A stretch of 64,000 bases of DNA from Callorhinchus milii (GCF_018977255.1 NW_024704742.1:50656001-50720000); one strand, 5' to 3'. Shown: positions 13,094 through 27,485, counted from the first letter of the stretch. The notes: generated by a model not told the origin, from the sequence alone. Translations and numbers: made by a program.

Positions 13094-14012
13094 CAGTAAA
13101 ACTCCCATAAGTCTGATCTGTATAAATCATATAATCGCCTAAATCATACATTTACCCAAGTCCCATTGAAGTTCCTATTAAATCCACTTCAATTTATCTG
13201 CAAAAGTCGTATTAACAATCTCAGAACTCCCAATGCTGCTACTGCACTTGCCGGCTCCTGGGTCAAAACTTTGTTTTCCACGCCTATGTCCAACAGAGCA
13301 CCTCACATACTCATCCTGACTCTCTCCATGTCCTCCCTCCCAGGGTGTAACATCAACATCATCGCGCTTGGCAGTGTGAGGGGGGAGGCTGAGAGAGGAA
13401 AGAGCATCACCTGATCACGTGATGAACAAGGGATGCCTGAGTAAAGGGGACCCTTCACTGCATTCACACTTACCAGACTTGAAACAGCATAAACAGTGAT
13501 CCATGTGGAACCTCAGTCCACACCTCATGCTCATTTACAGGCTGCAATGATGCAGGACCACATGCGCAGTACAGAACACTGAACAAGTATAGAAGACAAG
13601 ATTTTGACCAGGCATCATGGCATCAGGCAATGCAGATACCCCAACTAAACACAAATTAAGTTTATATTCTATTAAAACAGTTCTGTTCTGAAACCTGTTT
13701 GGTTGTGCCAATCATTGTACAGGACATGTTTTCTGCACATGAGGTACACTACTGTGCAGTACTGGATATATAAACAATGGGCTACCATAGCTTTAATATA
13801 CATTGGTTAAACATGGTACAGAAACCTTGCCTTAATATCATCAGCCAGTTCAGTACTTGTTATTTATTATGTGTTAGTCATATAAAATCCGACTTATACA
13901 TAACTTTACATAAGTCATGTATAATACAGTCTAAGTTTCACATAACTCATGCTTTGCATAAGTCATATTAAATGTATGGTCTCAACTGATACAATTCATA
14001 TGAGGTTTACTA
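13094..14012. mobile_element. possible non-autonomous Tigger/pogo-like DNA transposon
   Basis: TA|CAGTAAAACTCCCATAAG ... CATATGAGGTTTACTA|TA degenerate TIRs with TA flanks. Confidence 0.4.
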
Positions 14013-15268
14013 TATAATAGGATACCTAGCAATACAGTACTTAAACTTTCACCTTTACCTTCCACCTCTGACTTAGTGTGATCCTAATCTATCACCAGGC
14101 ATGAACTGTGCCCCTGAAGAACTGACAGGAAATAAATCTACTGATTTTCCTAGTTCAGACAAGAGTGAGGAAGTTGGAAGAGTCTTTAAATCAATGGTGC
14201 AATTGTGCAGCCTGCTGTATTTACCTGCTGCTTGCAGTTCTGCCTTAAAATGGTCAGGTCTTGCCAGGTCTCAGTAACAAAGCTCTCATTTCATCTGCTC
14301 AAAAGGAGCCAAATAGGTAAGTTTCTACATTTCATGTAGAGGTGACTAGACAGGTTTTCACTGAGACTGATTGCTCATTCACTTCACGGCTGTTTATGGT
14401 ACATTACTCTGCTCGAATTGGTTGCCGCAATTGCTACAAAGCACAGTCACTCCACTTTACAGTATATTCTGTGAAGAAGCATTTTCAAATATCCACCTGG
14501 CAAGAAAGGCCAAATCAAATGTAAGAATTAGTATTATTATCACATTTAATCTGTTTCAAATGCCACAAATTTCACCCCATAAAGTCATATTAAAAATCTT
14601 AAGGTTGAATTATTTGTGTTGTAAAATTGTAATTACAGATATTTCTAAACGTATATAAATGAACTTGCAAAATTTACTGAATTGGGGAGAATAGTGTTTA
14701 ATTCACATTAATTAATGTGCTGCAAAGCAAAGTAGCAGTTAATTAACAGATGATTTTTTTCAACATTTCACTGAAATGCAAAAAAAACACAAAATAAGAG
14801 TAATTTTCTTTTAACAGAAACAGCTTTTTGAGTGAAAGAAATGGAGGAAGTTTGGACCTTTGACCATTCAGTGAGACCAATATACAAACATGAAATATTT
14901 AAAATACTTCTTGTAATTGATAACATTTAAAATTAACTTAATTTTTCACAATCACCAGTTTCTTGGCTAATAATAATAATCCTTGCAATTGTATAACGTC
15001 TTATCATGTCGTCACAACGTCTCAAAGCACTTCACAGAATATACTTAAAGTAGTTTTGACTGTGTATTTTCTGAGCAGCCAAATGTTCCGAGTCCTGACA
15101 TGGAGCATGAGCTTACAACCTTCTGACTGAGAGGCGAGAGTGCTTCCACTGAGCCGGGCTGACACACCAATGTGAATCTATAGTATTTGATTTATTTCAG
15201 AAATAAATTCTGTTTTTAGTCTTTTCATCTTCAAGTATTGGTGCTGGATTTTCAGAAGAATTACAAAC

Positions 15269-15394
15269 CAGTAGGAGAGGTAGAGCAGTTCACTTCATCA
15301 CTCCAGTCTTCACAGTCATTTTCACCATCACAATGGAAGAGCTTTAGGAAGCAATTGCCGTTGCCACAGTCCAGCATACCTTTGGCGCTGCAAG
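15269..15394 (-). CDS. corin: corin exon 9 equivalent: LDLa4 ([42 protein letters not shown])
   Basis: Not in the ORF track on this strand; read manually; 126 nt, tttttcag|CT acceptor, G|gtttgt donor (weaker, so the 3' boundary is less certain). Confidence 0.9.
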
Positions 15395-17228
15395 CTGAAA
15401 AAGGAGCAATATCAATGAGTTCAAAACCCTAAAGGCTTTCAAACAAAGCAATTCTCAGCACAGCATTCAAGAACTCTTAAAACCAATTATATTAATATGT
15501 AACAGAATGAGGAGTGAACTACTGCCTGAATTTGATTGATGTTTTGCAATATTCAGTGAGTTTGACTAAATCTAGAACATAGAAGGAAACCCTAAGCACA
15601 TGGGAAACAAGGCTGATAACTATACTGAAAAAAAGCTATGTTGGAATTCGTTGTGGGTGGTACCAAAACATGTAGCTTGTCCGTCCAGGTCATTTTAATG
15701 CAATTCTTGGAAATGTTTCTTAAAGAAGGGCTTTAGCATAGCAGAACTACACAGTGACCTTCTCCTGCAGAAGTCATCTGAGAGATAATTGTAATAATTT
15801 AGAGGCACTACAAGCTGACCAGTCTGCCGCGTTCTTCATTGCATCGCTTTGACGAGGCACTAAAATACTCTGACGTTGCTGGGCTCCCTGCTGCTCATTG
15901 CTGTTCAGTCTCTATCAGCCAACTCCTGGTAATGTGTACTTTATGATATCAGTTTATGAATTATAATTTTTTTTCAGATGGCACATAGGCAAACATTTCT
16001 TTATCGTGAATATCTCTTCACACTCCTGATGATGAAGCAGCTTCGAATGTGTTGTATATATTTCAATTATTGCAATAAAGCAATGCAGCTTTTGTCAGCT
16101 TCAGTTACAGACCCAGACACGGCATTACATAAGACAGACAGACAACCATGCTTTCTTAAGAAAGTTCAGTCTCATCTGGTTTAGTGTTGTGTTGGTGCTG
16201 ACACTCTACATGCCAGATCCTAGCAGTATATTTAGTTATGGTGTAGAACAGACAGATGGGATATTTATAGTAGAGCTGTGCTGACTGGATATGTCTGCCA
16301 GCAACTTTACTACAGCTGAACATGTTGCCAGGTCCTGACTAGCAGTGTCTGATGTCTGCTTTTACAAAGAGGCATTTAGACACTGCTTGGTAATGAAGCT
16401 CCCAATGGCAAACACAACATTAGAGTCAATGGAGTACCATTAGTCACTTAACTGCTGCTAAACAAAGCCACTGAGGCAATAAAAAGATGTGTTTCTCGTC
16501 CCAATCCCCAGCTCGGCTCCAAATCTTTCATTGGCCAGTGCCTTGCGAAAGGCTATACAAGTGTACTTTGTTGTTGTTGATAAAGAAACATATGAAGAAA
16601 TATTGCAAAATTTACCCTTCATTTTTTATGAGCTTTTTAGACCGTTTGAATTTCTTGTTTACACTAATGGATTGTTACTCACTAGCCCTGGTATGCTAAG
16701 GAGGTGTATTTGTGCTTAGTTTAGGGGACAAGGAGATATGTACTTGGCGTTCACCTGTCCATGTCACATGTATGATCTGATATTTGATCGATCATCTATT
16801 CTGACACAGACAAGAGACTGTAGCTTCCGCCGCAAGTCCAAAGACAGTGAGTGCAACTTTAAGCTCTATCAGAACTTAGCTGTGAAACAAACCTACACAG
16901 AAAGTGGTAAACATGTTATCCAAGGCAAAAAACATTGATCCAGTTATTGACTTAACGTTTTCTGGTGATATAGTGCAGATAAAGAGGGAAATTAGCTATT
17001 TGCCAAAGTAATCAACTAAAGGGTAGTGAAGGATTTTCTTTTTACTTTGGGCTCATACCGTTACACTACAAAGGTGTTTTCCGTTGCTGTACATTCTTAT
17101 GTACACTAAATCTGGTCTATGTGCCACTAATATTCAAAGCACACATTCCTAACTTCATTTCTAGCCAACATTACTGAAGTGCTTGTATGACTGAGCGGCT
17201 GTAGTGTTGTAGTGAGTTGAGGACTTAC

Positions 17229-17339
17229 AGCAGTTAACCTCATCAGAATAGTCGGAGCAGTCATGGTCTCCGTCACAAACCCACGACTTCAGGATACACC
17301 TGCCATCTCCACATCTGAAACCCACCTCTGGCTTGCACT
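17229..17339 (-). CDS. corin: corin exon 8 equivalent: LDLa3 ([37 protein letters not shown])
   Basis: 111 nt; ctacag|AG and T|gtaagt. Confidence 0.96.
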
Positions 17340-18733
17340 CTGTAGATAACACACAGTTTAAGGGCCTTGTCAACACATTACATCGCATTAACGCTGGCAC
17401 GAATTGAAGGAACACTTAAAAATACTGCGAATATTACCCTAATGTTTCTTCATAAAACCAGTCACTTAAACACAGTCCATTGATTGTTAGGGACTAATCA
17501 TCTGGAGATCAGTTTCCATATCAGTCTGACCTTTGTTCCCAACACAGTGATCTCATAGACCAGCCTGACACATCAGGTTAGTACTGGTGTGAGCCTTCAT
17601 TGTTAGAGGTGACATGTTTTGTTTAAGATATTAAAACTGGGATCTTCTGACTGTTCAGGAGGAATTTAAAGATTCCATGACACTATTTAAAAAGTGAAGG
17701 GAGTAGCTCATTGTGTCCTGGCCAACAATCTTCCATTGGACATTAATTGACATTTACTCCATGTCTATTTGTAAGATTTTCCTGTGTATAAAATGGCTCT
17801 TTGGCTAATTTAATCTCATCCTTCCAGAACAGCAACTTAAGTCTTCCCATTACAACACAATGTGGTTTAATTAGCTTTATGTCCTGACCTGACGTAAACT
17901 ACGCTTATTAATAACTCATAATAACTACTGATTACTTTCTGTCTAAAAAACGTACTTCCTGGCGTTTACTCTGAAATTGAACTTTTGTCCTGTTGTCTTA
18001 GAATAGCTCTATCTCATTTGGCGTTCATATATCTCCAAAGATCTCCTTAAAGTTATTTATTTTCAAGGCTGAAGAGTCCTATCTTATCTACTTGTTTCTC
18101 ATAGCTCATCCCTCTAACAACTCTTGTTGCGCTTGGTAGGACCTGGGAAGACTCCTTATGTCACACTCACCAGAACTGTGACCGTTACTCTTGGAGCAAC
18201 CCGACCAGAGACTATACAGCTTGAGCATGACCTCTGAGCATCTGACCTCAAATGATTTGGTAATAACAGCCCAGTCACTCTTTCACCTTGTTTTTCACCT
18301 TCCCTTGGTAGTTTTTACCTCATTCATGGTATGTACGTCTTCTATTTTGGCTTCCTATATTGTATTTATCTGTATTAAACATAATTTGCCAGTGAACAAC
18401 CAATGTGCTTACCCTATTTGGATTGCTTCCTGATTCCATAGCTCTCCCTAACTTACTTGGGTCTATAAAATTGAACTATCTGTAAATCCAGGTCATTTAT
18501 TTAGACGAGGAACAGGTGAGGACCCAGAGAAACTCCACTCAATACTTCCCCACATATCAACCGAGCGAGCATGAATGTGATTCCCATCTTCACATGTTCT
18601 GATTTATGTTCCAGTAAAACAGCACTGAACATCTACAAAAATGTAATGAAATAAAATGTTGATTTGCAAATATATATTAAGCACGGGCTTTGGTTGTTAG
18701 ACAGGGAAAGATGGTACATAGAGTGGTACTTAC

Positions 18734-18841
18734 CACAGCCCATTTCATCGCTGAGGTCCCCACAGTCATCATAGCCATCACATGTGTTATTGTAGAGTAT
18801 GCATTTTCCAGTGCCACACTGAAACTGGCTTTCACCACAAG
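18734..18841 (-). CDS. corin: corin exon 7 equivalent: LDLa2 ([35 protein letters not shown])
   Basis: 108 nt, phase 1-1; ccacag|CT and G|gtaagt; 6 Cys plus SDE motif. Confidence 0.96.
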
Positions 18842-19590
18842 CTGTGGACAAAGAACACCAAAAGCTTTAGATCTATTGACAATTTACATGAAGTTCAAAA
18901 TGTCTGCAAACTCAACTACTGCACTAAGCAATTCACATTTGAGCCAGTGGGCAATACCTCTGGTTTCGCATTTTTTTAATATCTTACAACCTCATTAAAA
19001 TAAGGTACATTATTCAGTCCTTTTCACTTCTTTCACTGCTCCCCAATGAGCCACCTTCAGGCAGGGAGTACAATGATGTGGTCTCAGTTAGCTCAGTACC
19101 TACCCAGAGTCATTGCCGTTCTGATCCTCCAACAGAGCACTTGTTGATTGCTTTTTTCTTGATAAAGTTAACATGACGTAGTAGACATCAGCCGACACAT
19201 AGCAAAACGAGCACAAGATTTAAAAACTCGCAGGACATTGTTTTGAATATATTGAAACATTTGGGTAAAAAACCATGGTCCATAGAGCATGGGGGCATCC
19301 TGGGGGCAAGTTTGCACGAAGCAGGAGAAGAGACAAGGTAAATTAACCCTAGGCAATCCCAAGCTTAAGTTTTAGAAGCCTTTTGTAGGAGGAAAGGAAA
19401 ACTGAGCGAAGTCAAGAATTAATTAATATCATAATTACTCAAAATCAGCTATAAGTGTCCAATATATATGCCACCAAAGCGGTATACACAATGGTTTCAT
19501 TTTCCCATTACATTACTTATCAATGAGTCTATGGAAATAGTGCAATGATTCTCTAGAGTCAATGAAGGAAAAGAAACAATAGTGACATAC

Positions 19591-19704
19591 TGCAGTGTGC
19601 CTCATCGCTCCAGTCGTCACAATCATTGTAGCCGTTGCACATCAGTTTCCTCTCGATACAGAAGCCGCTTCCACACAAGAAATTCTCAAGACCTCCACAT
19701 ATAG
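19591..19704 (-). CDS. corin: corin exon 6 equivalent: LDLa1 ([38 protein letters not shown]); acceptor is non-canonical AT
   Basis: 114 nt; A|gtatgt donor; [16 protein letters not shown] matches corin LDLa1; the expected acceptor reads tttttttgcaT|CT. Confidence 0.9.
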
Positions 19705-19789
19705 ATGCAAAAAAAGAAAAACACATAATCAAAGCTTCAGCACTGATATTTAAGCTGGCCAGAGTTGGCAGAGCAGTGGAAACAGATGA

Positions 19790-20000
19790 GGGAGAAGTGT
19801 TGCAAGAGATCACCAAGGTAGGATTGGGTAAGGCAGTGGACGCACCTAAAGGCAACGAGGAAGATGTTAAAATTGATTCATTGGGGAATAGGGAGCCAGT
19901 GGAGCCGGGACAAGGGTAGGGCCGCGGAGCCTATTGTGGGAAAGGTGCCGGCTGCAGAGTTCTGGTTGATCTGGAGCTTGTGGATAGTGAAGCTACCACG
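19790..20000 (-). mobile_element. L2 fragment
   Basis: IHKLQINQNSAA...RLHWLPIPQ. Confidence 0.75.
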
Positions 20001-20007
20001 TCCAGAA

Positions 20008-20428
20008 ATAATATAATAATAATGCATGCATTTGATATAGCGCCCTATCAGGTCCTCGAGACATCTCAAAGCGCTTCACAGAATATACTGTAAAGTGAAT
20101 TGATTGTATATTTTGCAGCAGCAAATAGCACACAGCAGTGACCCACAAACAGTCGTGGATTAGGTGACCACATCCATCTATCCACCCACCCACCCACCCA
20201 GCCAACCAGCCAGCCAGCCATCCATCCATTTATTTATGTTTTTTGAAGGGATTATTACCCCCGGAAAAGCGATCCGCCAATCGACCAACAACCAGGTTCC
20301 TACTTACTACTAGCTAAATAGAGGTGTGTGGAGTAAGGAATCTTGCGCAACGTTTCAGCCTGCCAGGAATCGAACCAGGTCTCTCGCTTGCAAGGTGAGT
20401 GCTATAACCACTGAGCTACAGGACTCCA
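20008..20428 (-). mobile_element. full-length tRNA(Ala)-derived SINE with an internal tetranucleotide repeat
   Basis: GGAGTCCTGTAGCTCAGTGG head, GGTTCGATTCC B-box, (ATT)n tail. Confidence 0.9.
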
Positions 20429-23400
20429 CAACAGGGCATTGGAGAGTTCAAGTCTGCAAGTGGGCAGAAGTTTCAGCTGCTTTGATGGTGAGGAGCAGAG
20501 ACGGATAATGTTGTTGAGAGAGAGGAAATTAGCCAGAGCCTGGATAAAAGTTTTAAAGGACATTAGAGAGTTGAACAAAACAAAATAAAAAATACAAAAA
20601 ATTCTCTGCCGTACGTTTCAATTGATATTTTTAAGATTTCTAACGTCGCATGAAACCCAGATACACAATACATATCTCTGATTAGCAAGTTCTCGATAAC
20701 CTGCTTTAATTAACAGCAACAAATTGCATTTATATAGTGCTTTTCACGTTGGGAAGAAGTCCCAAGGCGCTGCATTCGGTTGTAAACAAAACCAGATTAC
20801 GAAAGACCTCACTTCAGTACAGAGACATAATGTTTTCTTATGATTCCCATTAACGCAAAAACATCCACTCAATCATGACAATCTCACTGGTGTGTGGTAA
20901 CCAGAATGTTACATTTCTGCTTTGGCTGTTGTCATGGAGAATGCAAGTGCCACGTGGCACATTAGCTTAATTACCCACATAGCCACCATCTGTTACCCTG
21001 GAAGATACATTTTCCAGCTCCACAATGTATATTCTAGGCTATCAGATGTTCACATTTCTTTCCTCGCCATTTAACTTTAGAGTTCACCTAACACTGTGGC
21101 TTAACTACATAATGGGGCAGCAAGCTTACATGGAAATGAGACATTTCAACCATTACCTTAAAGATTATTTTGTGACTCAGTCTGAATGGAAATATACAAA
21201 CTAAGTGTTCATGCAGCGTACATGGTTCCTGGCACACAAAGACAACACAAATGGACAATAATAGGTTCAAATCCATTTTAACTGTATCACTGGTGTACAT
21301 TTGATTGTCATCTCAAATGAGTACCAATACTGATGAGATTCAGGATGGGTAGCTAGGTTTCATAGATGGCAATACATCTGTGGAACTCTTAGTTTGATTT
21401 GGATACTCTTAAGTGCGGTGATGAACTTGCGCATGTGTCAGACACCCAGTTGACCAAAGAAAAAAATCCATTTCTGTTTCTGAGCGAGATTACTTTATGG
21501 AAGCAGAGTGCTAAATGTTTTCCATAGCTAGCAATATGAGACCCAAACCAAGAAGGCATTTCTTCACGTTAGCTACACATTTGCAAGATTGGAAGGATCA
21601 CGGGATATGCGAAGAGCTGCAAAATCACAATTACTGTGGAAATGGAGTATTAGTCGGAGAGAAATATTCACGGAAAAGAAGCTCCAAACATTCCCTTAAG
21701 GCTGCTATTATAATATTAAGACTGAGAAGGTTACTTACATTTTCCATGTGTATTTACAGAAATCTATACATTCACAATGGAATCTTATTTGTGATATTCA
21801 CAAACTGCAAACCCTTCACTGTCCAGTGCCTTGGGACATCCTCCCGACATGAAAGGCGTTATATAAATGCAATTTGTTATTGATGTTGCATTTGCTCTAT
21901 TAATTGCGTCTTTAGTTTGCAGATAACAGATGAGGCTATAGTGTGGTAATACACTGGTGTAATTTCATACTACAGTATGAAAGCCTAGGTCCAATTGTAT
22001 CTGTAATACTAAAGATGGAAGTGCTCGCGGAGGAGGAGGAGGAAATAACATTTTCACACACTTATAATGGCAATAAATGTTTTAATAAAACACAGTAGAA
22101 ACCAAGAGGAAATTGGTCTATGTGAAATATAGTTACCTTTGTTCCTACAATTACAGGAACAGCTTTTGATTTCTTTAGCAGCCCCAAAACATAAGGCTTC
22201 AGGAAGCTGAACCAGCAGGTATGCTTAAACTACAGGATCCCAGCTCTACATCCTCCTTCTACATGCTCTCTGGGACCAACAGGAATAAAGAAATTAATGT
22301 GTTTCTTGTTCCACGATGATAAGAGATCCCAAAGGAGTGTTTTATTAAAAGAGCAGACACATTCATTTCTTGGCACACTAACTTGATTTGGGTTTTGTTA
22401 TAAATGGACTAACAATTCAGGAGTCTGCTAGAGATTACCACTAGTCTGCCATGATCCTTGGAATAACACTATTGTATGTTGAATTCAATGTGATACTGCT
22501 GGTATTGGGGAGGGAAGCCGATTGAACAGTGAAATCCATCATCACTGATCACTTTCAACAAATGCTGGTTTAGAAATCAACGACTGAACCAGATAGGTTC
22601 AGTCAATTTGCAGATTAGTTTTTCCAGGGTAATAATCCCTTCTAATATAAAATCACTCAGTCCATGACTGTTTGTGGGACACTGCTGTGTGCAATTGGCT
22701 GCCTCGTTCCGCCCACAAAATATACAGTCATTTCACTTTACAGTATATTCTGTGAAGCAATTTGAGACACCTCGACGTAAAAAGGCACTATTTCAAATAC
22801 AAGGATTATTATTATAGCACACACAAAGTGGATAGATTCGCAACACTCCTAGAATATAGCACACATAAATGGGGTAGGAATGTTCAGAGTGCCTGTTTTA
22901 GCCGTGATATGCTAGAGATGGTAAAGTACTGATATGTGATCAGATGCCACCCACGTGAGTTCAACTCTGCCACTGTGGAGAGACAGGAGCAGAGGTCATG
23001 TTCTTTCCCTAGGTGAGGGAGGAGGAAACGGAAATACTGGAAGGTCAGTTAGTCTATGAGGGCTTCTCTGAGCTGGAGCAGATGGGTGTGACAACCACAA
23101 GAGTTCTGTTCTCCCTATTAAGGTTAAATGAAATCATTCACTGAAGCTGAGAATGAATCACTTTTGCATTTCCTACTGTCTCTTTGTCTCTCTTTTCCAT
23201 CTTTCACATCATATCGACGTGAAAGGTGCTATACAAATGTAATTTTGTATTGTATTATATCTTCTTTAAAGATCACCAGGGTGCCAAAGGTCTCATGCGG
23301 ATTATAAAGTCCGAGCTGTCCAGACCAGAGGTGAAAAGTAGGGATGTATATTCTTTACTGTATTGTATTACAATTATTATTATTTATTTATTACAAGATC

Positions 23401-24423
23401 ACATCTGGTCTAATTTTTCCAGAACACTCATCCTACCATCTTTCTATTACAAAATCAAACTGTTTTTAAATGAGCCCAGCATTCTTGACACAACCACCTT
23501 TCCTGGCAACTTGTTTGAGTCATTAATTATCCTACTTCCTGGTGTCTGTCCTAAAATTGCCCTTTACACCTTAAGCTTACGTCCTCTTGTTCTGTTGTCT
23601 TAATAATAATAACAATTCTTGCATTTGATATAGCACCTTATCACGTGGTTGATATGTCTGAAAACGCTTCACAGAATATACTGTAAAGTGAATTGACTGT
23701 TTTTTGGGGGCAAAATAATAATAATAATAATCCTTGCATTTGATGGTGCCCTAACATATGACCCAAATCCTGTGGTTTGTCATAGGGTGTAAATTAGGGT
23801 AGAAATTTCAGCACAGGAAGATACTGTATGACTCAATGTTTTAAACCAGTGGTGGTTAACCTTTTTGGTCAACCAACCAAATATATTTTTCTTGATTCAA
23901 TATGTCCTGTTGGGTAAATTGACAATAGAATAGGCTTGTTTTCTACCATGCTTTTTGTGTGCTTTAGAAGAGAAAAATGCAAAGAAGTACAGAGAAGGAG
24001 CAGAGAATTTGGATTAGATTATATAGCTCCATTGTGGAAGCTGGCCTAAATGATCTCTTTCTGTGCTGTAATTTCTATGATTCCAATATCCCGTCTCAAA
24101 AAAACCCAATGGAAAATGAAACCTGGTAGTTATTCATTCAAGTGAATTAAATAGAATAAATATATCTGCGTACTTCAAGATTCCACTTCATTACAAATGT
24201 GTTTTATACACCAATGGTGCAATGTTCCAAGAAAAGAGCAGATTGAACAGCTGAGTGTTCTGTTTTTCTCTTTGACCGTGCCTTCAGCTCCCCTCTCGAC
24301 TCTCTTCCCCCTTCTCGCTCCCTCCCATCCCTCCCCTCACCCTGACCATTTCCCCCCTCCTCGCTCCCTCCCCTCCCCTCACCCTGACCATTTTCCCCCT
24401 GCTCGGGTCATGACCCAACTGTG

Positions 24424-24606
24424 CAGCGCCTTGGGACGTCCTCCTGACGTGAAAGGCGCTTTATAAATGGAATCTTGTTGTTGTTGTTGTTGTCCCGCCT
24501 ATCACTAAAGAGTTCATATCTTCCCATGGGGTCACCGTCCATACAACAACAACAAGATTCCATTTATTGAGCGCCTTTCACGTCGGGAGGACGTCCCAAG
24601 GCGCTG
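24424..24606. repeat. tail-to-tail inverted L2 3' ends, 64-bp arms
   Basis: Arms 24424-24487 and 24543-24606, 3 mismatches. Confidence 0.95.
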
Positions 24607-26694
24607 ACAAGATACACTAACATCTTGCCTGGACAAGATACAAGATACTCCCAAGGAAAAAAAACCACTTGCTCCTGCATTTTATAACTTATCATGTTGA
24701 AATATCTCAGTGTTTCACAAGTAATTGTTATCAAGCACTCCTACATAGTTTGAAAGTCACTATGTACTTTGTCTTTATGTGACTGGCCTTTACCTCTTCA
24801 GCAAAACAATGTTCCATACATTTTGGAAATAGAATGTTCGTTAAATGTCATCAAACTGCACTATTCTTTTCAGTTTCTTCAAATTAAAATAATTTACAAG
24901 TCAGCTTGACATTTTCCAGTTTATTGGTAAACTGAAGCAGAAAAATCTAAAAAAGGCATGTGGAAATCGGCAGAAAAATAAGACTACACAGACTACACTA
25001 AGCCAAATAGGCTTCTTCTGTGCTGTAAAATTCGATATCATTGTATGAACTGTTATCTCAAAGATGCAGAATCTTTAGATTTGAAACCAGTAAGTGATTT
25101 GTGACTGATAGTGTGCTGTTTTGTAACAGATTCAATGTGATATAACATCAAACCTATTATGAAATATCCCAAATTTCACCGCAATAATTATTTTTCAATC
25201 GCTAATAACTTGCACCATTACTGTAGCTCCCTTTTAAACTTAGTAATTAATGAGGAAATAGGCAGCTGCAAAGAGGAGGACATCTGAGTGGAATACTTAG
25301 TAGGAAGATTGTTGAATCATGCTGAAGCTCTTAAAACTATGTGCTACAAACAAGCTTCCCTGATTTGCAGCTATTAAACATGTACACTCACCGTACACCT
25401 TGCTATCAGGCGCCTATTTAACCCCAGCTGGTTTTTTGAAAAGTATCAAGGCTACAGCTACCATAACATTGATCACAAATTTTCACCATAAAAATACTTT
25501 TTTATTTACTTGCTCTGAACTTATTTTGTGGCATTACCAAGCTATAAGAACGTATCAGTGTGGGGACTTACTTGTACACAGTGACTATGAAAAGGAAATT
25601 GCACTGTTATTCACTTTTTTAATGTTGTGAACACCATCCTGGAACTCTGGAACTCCATCTCACAGAATTCAAGGGACTTTTTTAATACAAAGTAGGGTGC
25701 CTGTGTTCATAAATATTCACTATTTAGAGCTCAACGAATCGATGATAATTATCACAGTACATACAGCATTTTCACCCAAGGTTTTAAATTAAAGATAGAA
25801 ACAGAGCAAACGAGAATAGCCTACAAAGAGAGCAACAATCTCAAAGGGCTATCTATCATCTTGATAAAAAAATGTGTGTAAACACGAAAAAAAGATTTCA
25901 AGCATTTTGTATTTTTTCTCTAAACTATTGCACAATTGTAATTCAATGAAAGCCACTGTCATCCACTCCAGTTTAGGTTTTTTGGAGCAACTTGTTGTGT
26001 ATGCAGCCGTTTCCACTTGTTTGCTCATTGTGCAACAGCCAAAAAGAAACATTTGTCTTGTTTTAAATGAAGATTCAAAATAGGTTTTGGAAATGAGTCG
26101 CCTTAAAACATTGGGAAGTGTAGATAGTAGTTTCCCCGGTATGTCCATTTACCGCTTAGTCATTTGGTATGTAGTGTTGAGGACATGTCTACATCTCCAT
26201 TTTCACCTGATCAGACAGTTCACCCTTAGGGAGACTACTTATTTCCTTCCTTTTAACAATTGAGGCCAGAGTAACATAATTGGCTGACTACATGCTGTGA
26301 TTGTGACTAAGATGATTATCCTCACCAGCTGAATAATGAAAAGCCTGACATATTGTTTAATTGCAAACAGTAGGCACTTCATTCCTGGGCCGGAGTCTTT
26401 CGAATGGATCCCAATCTCCAAAGACATTCTTCACATTTCATAAAAATTAACATGTTCTCTTAAATCCCTCAGTGGGAGATTATTCATTAACTTTCTGCTC
26501 GGAGGAGGAGGCTTGGAGGATGTTTAATATGGAATCCAAATTAAAATCTTCTCAGTGAGATTAAGCTGCACAAAAGCTTCTAGAAGCACTGTACTCCAAC
26601 ATACTGTATTTTTAAAGATCATTAAAGTCATTTTTTTTAACAATTTTCTCAGATAAACATGTTTTTTCAGTAAAAGTTAATCGGTAAAAAAAGC

Positions 26695-26965
26695 AGCTTG
26701 TATCCTCTCCAGCACTAGGCTCCACAAGTTCATCACCCCCATCCTCACTCAGCTCCACTGACTCCCCATCCCCGAGAGCATCAAGATCCTCGTCCTCACA
26801 TTGAGATCTTCACACTCACTTCAAATCACTTCATGCCCGAGCACCTCCTACCTCTCTACCTGATTACACTGTGTTCTTCTACCCATCCCCTTCACTCAGC
26901 TGACTACGGCGTTCTACACATCCCTCAACCCCTCCACCATCAGCAGCCGTGCCTTCAGCTTTCCC
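26695..26965 (+). mobile_element. L2 3' fragment
   Basis: catcacccccatcctcactcagctccactgactccccatc matches the L2 copies above. Confidence 0.75.
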
Positions 26966-27303
26966 TGTACAGGGCATTTAGAATATCCTCTGACTGAGTG
27001 ACCACTAACGCACTTCTCCTTGAATTTGATATAGTGGTTTATCATGTTGTCAAGACATCTCAGAGCACTTCACAGGATTTCTTGTTAACTTCAGTGACTG
27101 TATATTTTATAGCAAAATGTAGCAGCCAATTTACACACAGCGATGTCCTATAAACAATCGTGAAGTGAGTGACTAATTTTATCCAGGGGATTATTAGGCC
27201 TGGAGACAACACCTACAGAAATCACAGAGCAGGTGATCTCACCTTAGTCCCTTAACTCCAAACCCAGGAAACAAAGTAATCAGGCAATAAACACTTAACT
27301 TAC

Positions 27304-27485
27304 ATATTTTCGCTTTGCCTTTTTCAGGCGAAAAGCATATCCCGCTGGTGTTTTCCATTTCTGTGTCATTGACAAACCAGGAGCAGTTGAGAATCTCTGG
27401 CCATTCAGCGTTCACCTCCAGCAGTAAGGGCTCACAGCCTTTCTTTGCAGCCTCACAGAAGGACATGCAGGGTAGAATTACTGTT
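27304..27485 (-). CDS. corin: corin exon 5 equivalent: Frizzled CRD 1, C-half (TVILPCMSFCEAAKKGCEPLL...WPEILNC...CFSP)
   Basis: 182 nt, phase 2-1; atttag|A and T|gtaagt. Confidence 0.95.

Noticed and set aside
19705..27303. U12-type explanation for the AT acceptor
   Set aside because: The donor is gtaagt, not the U12 RTATCCTT consensus
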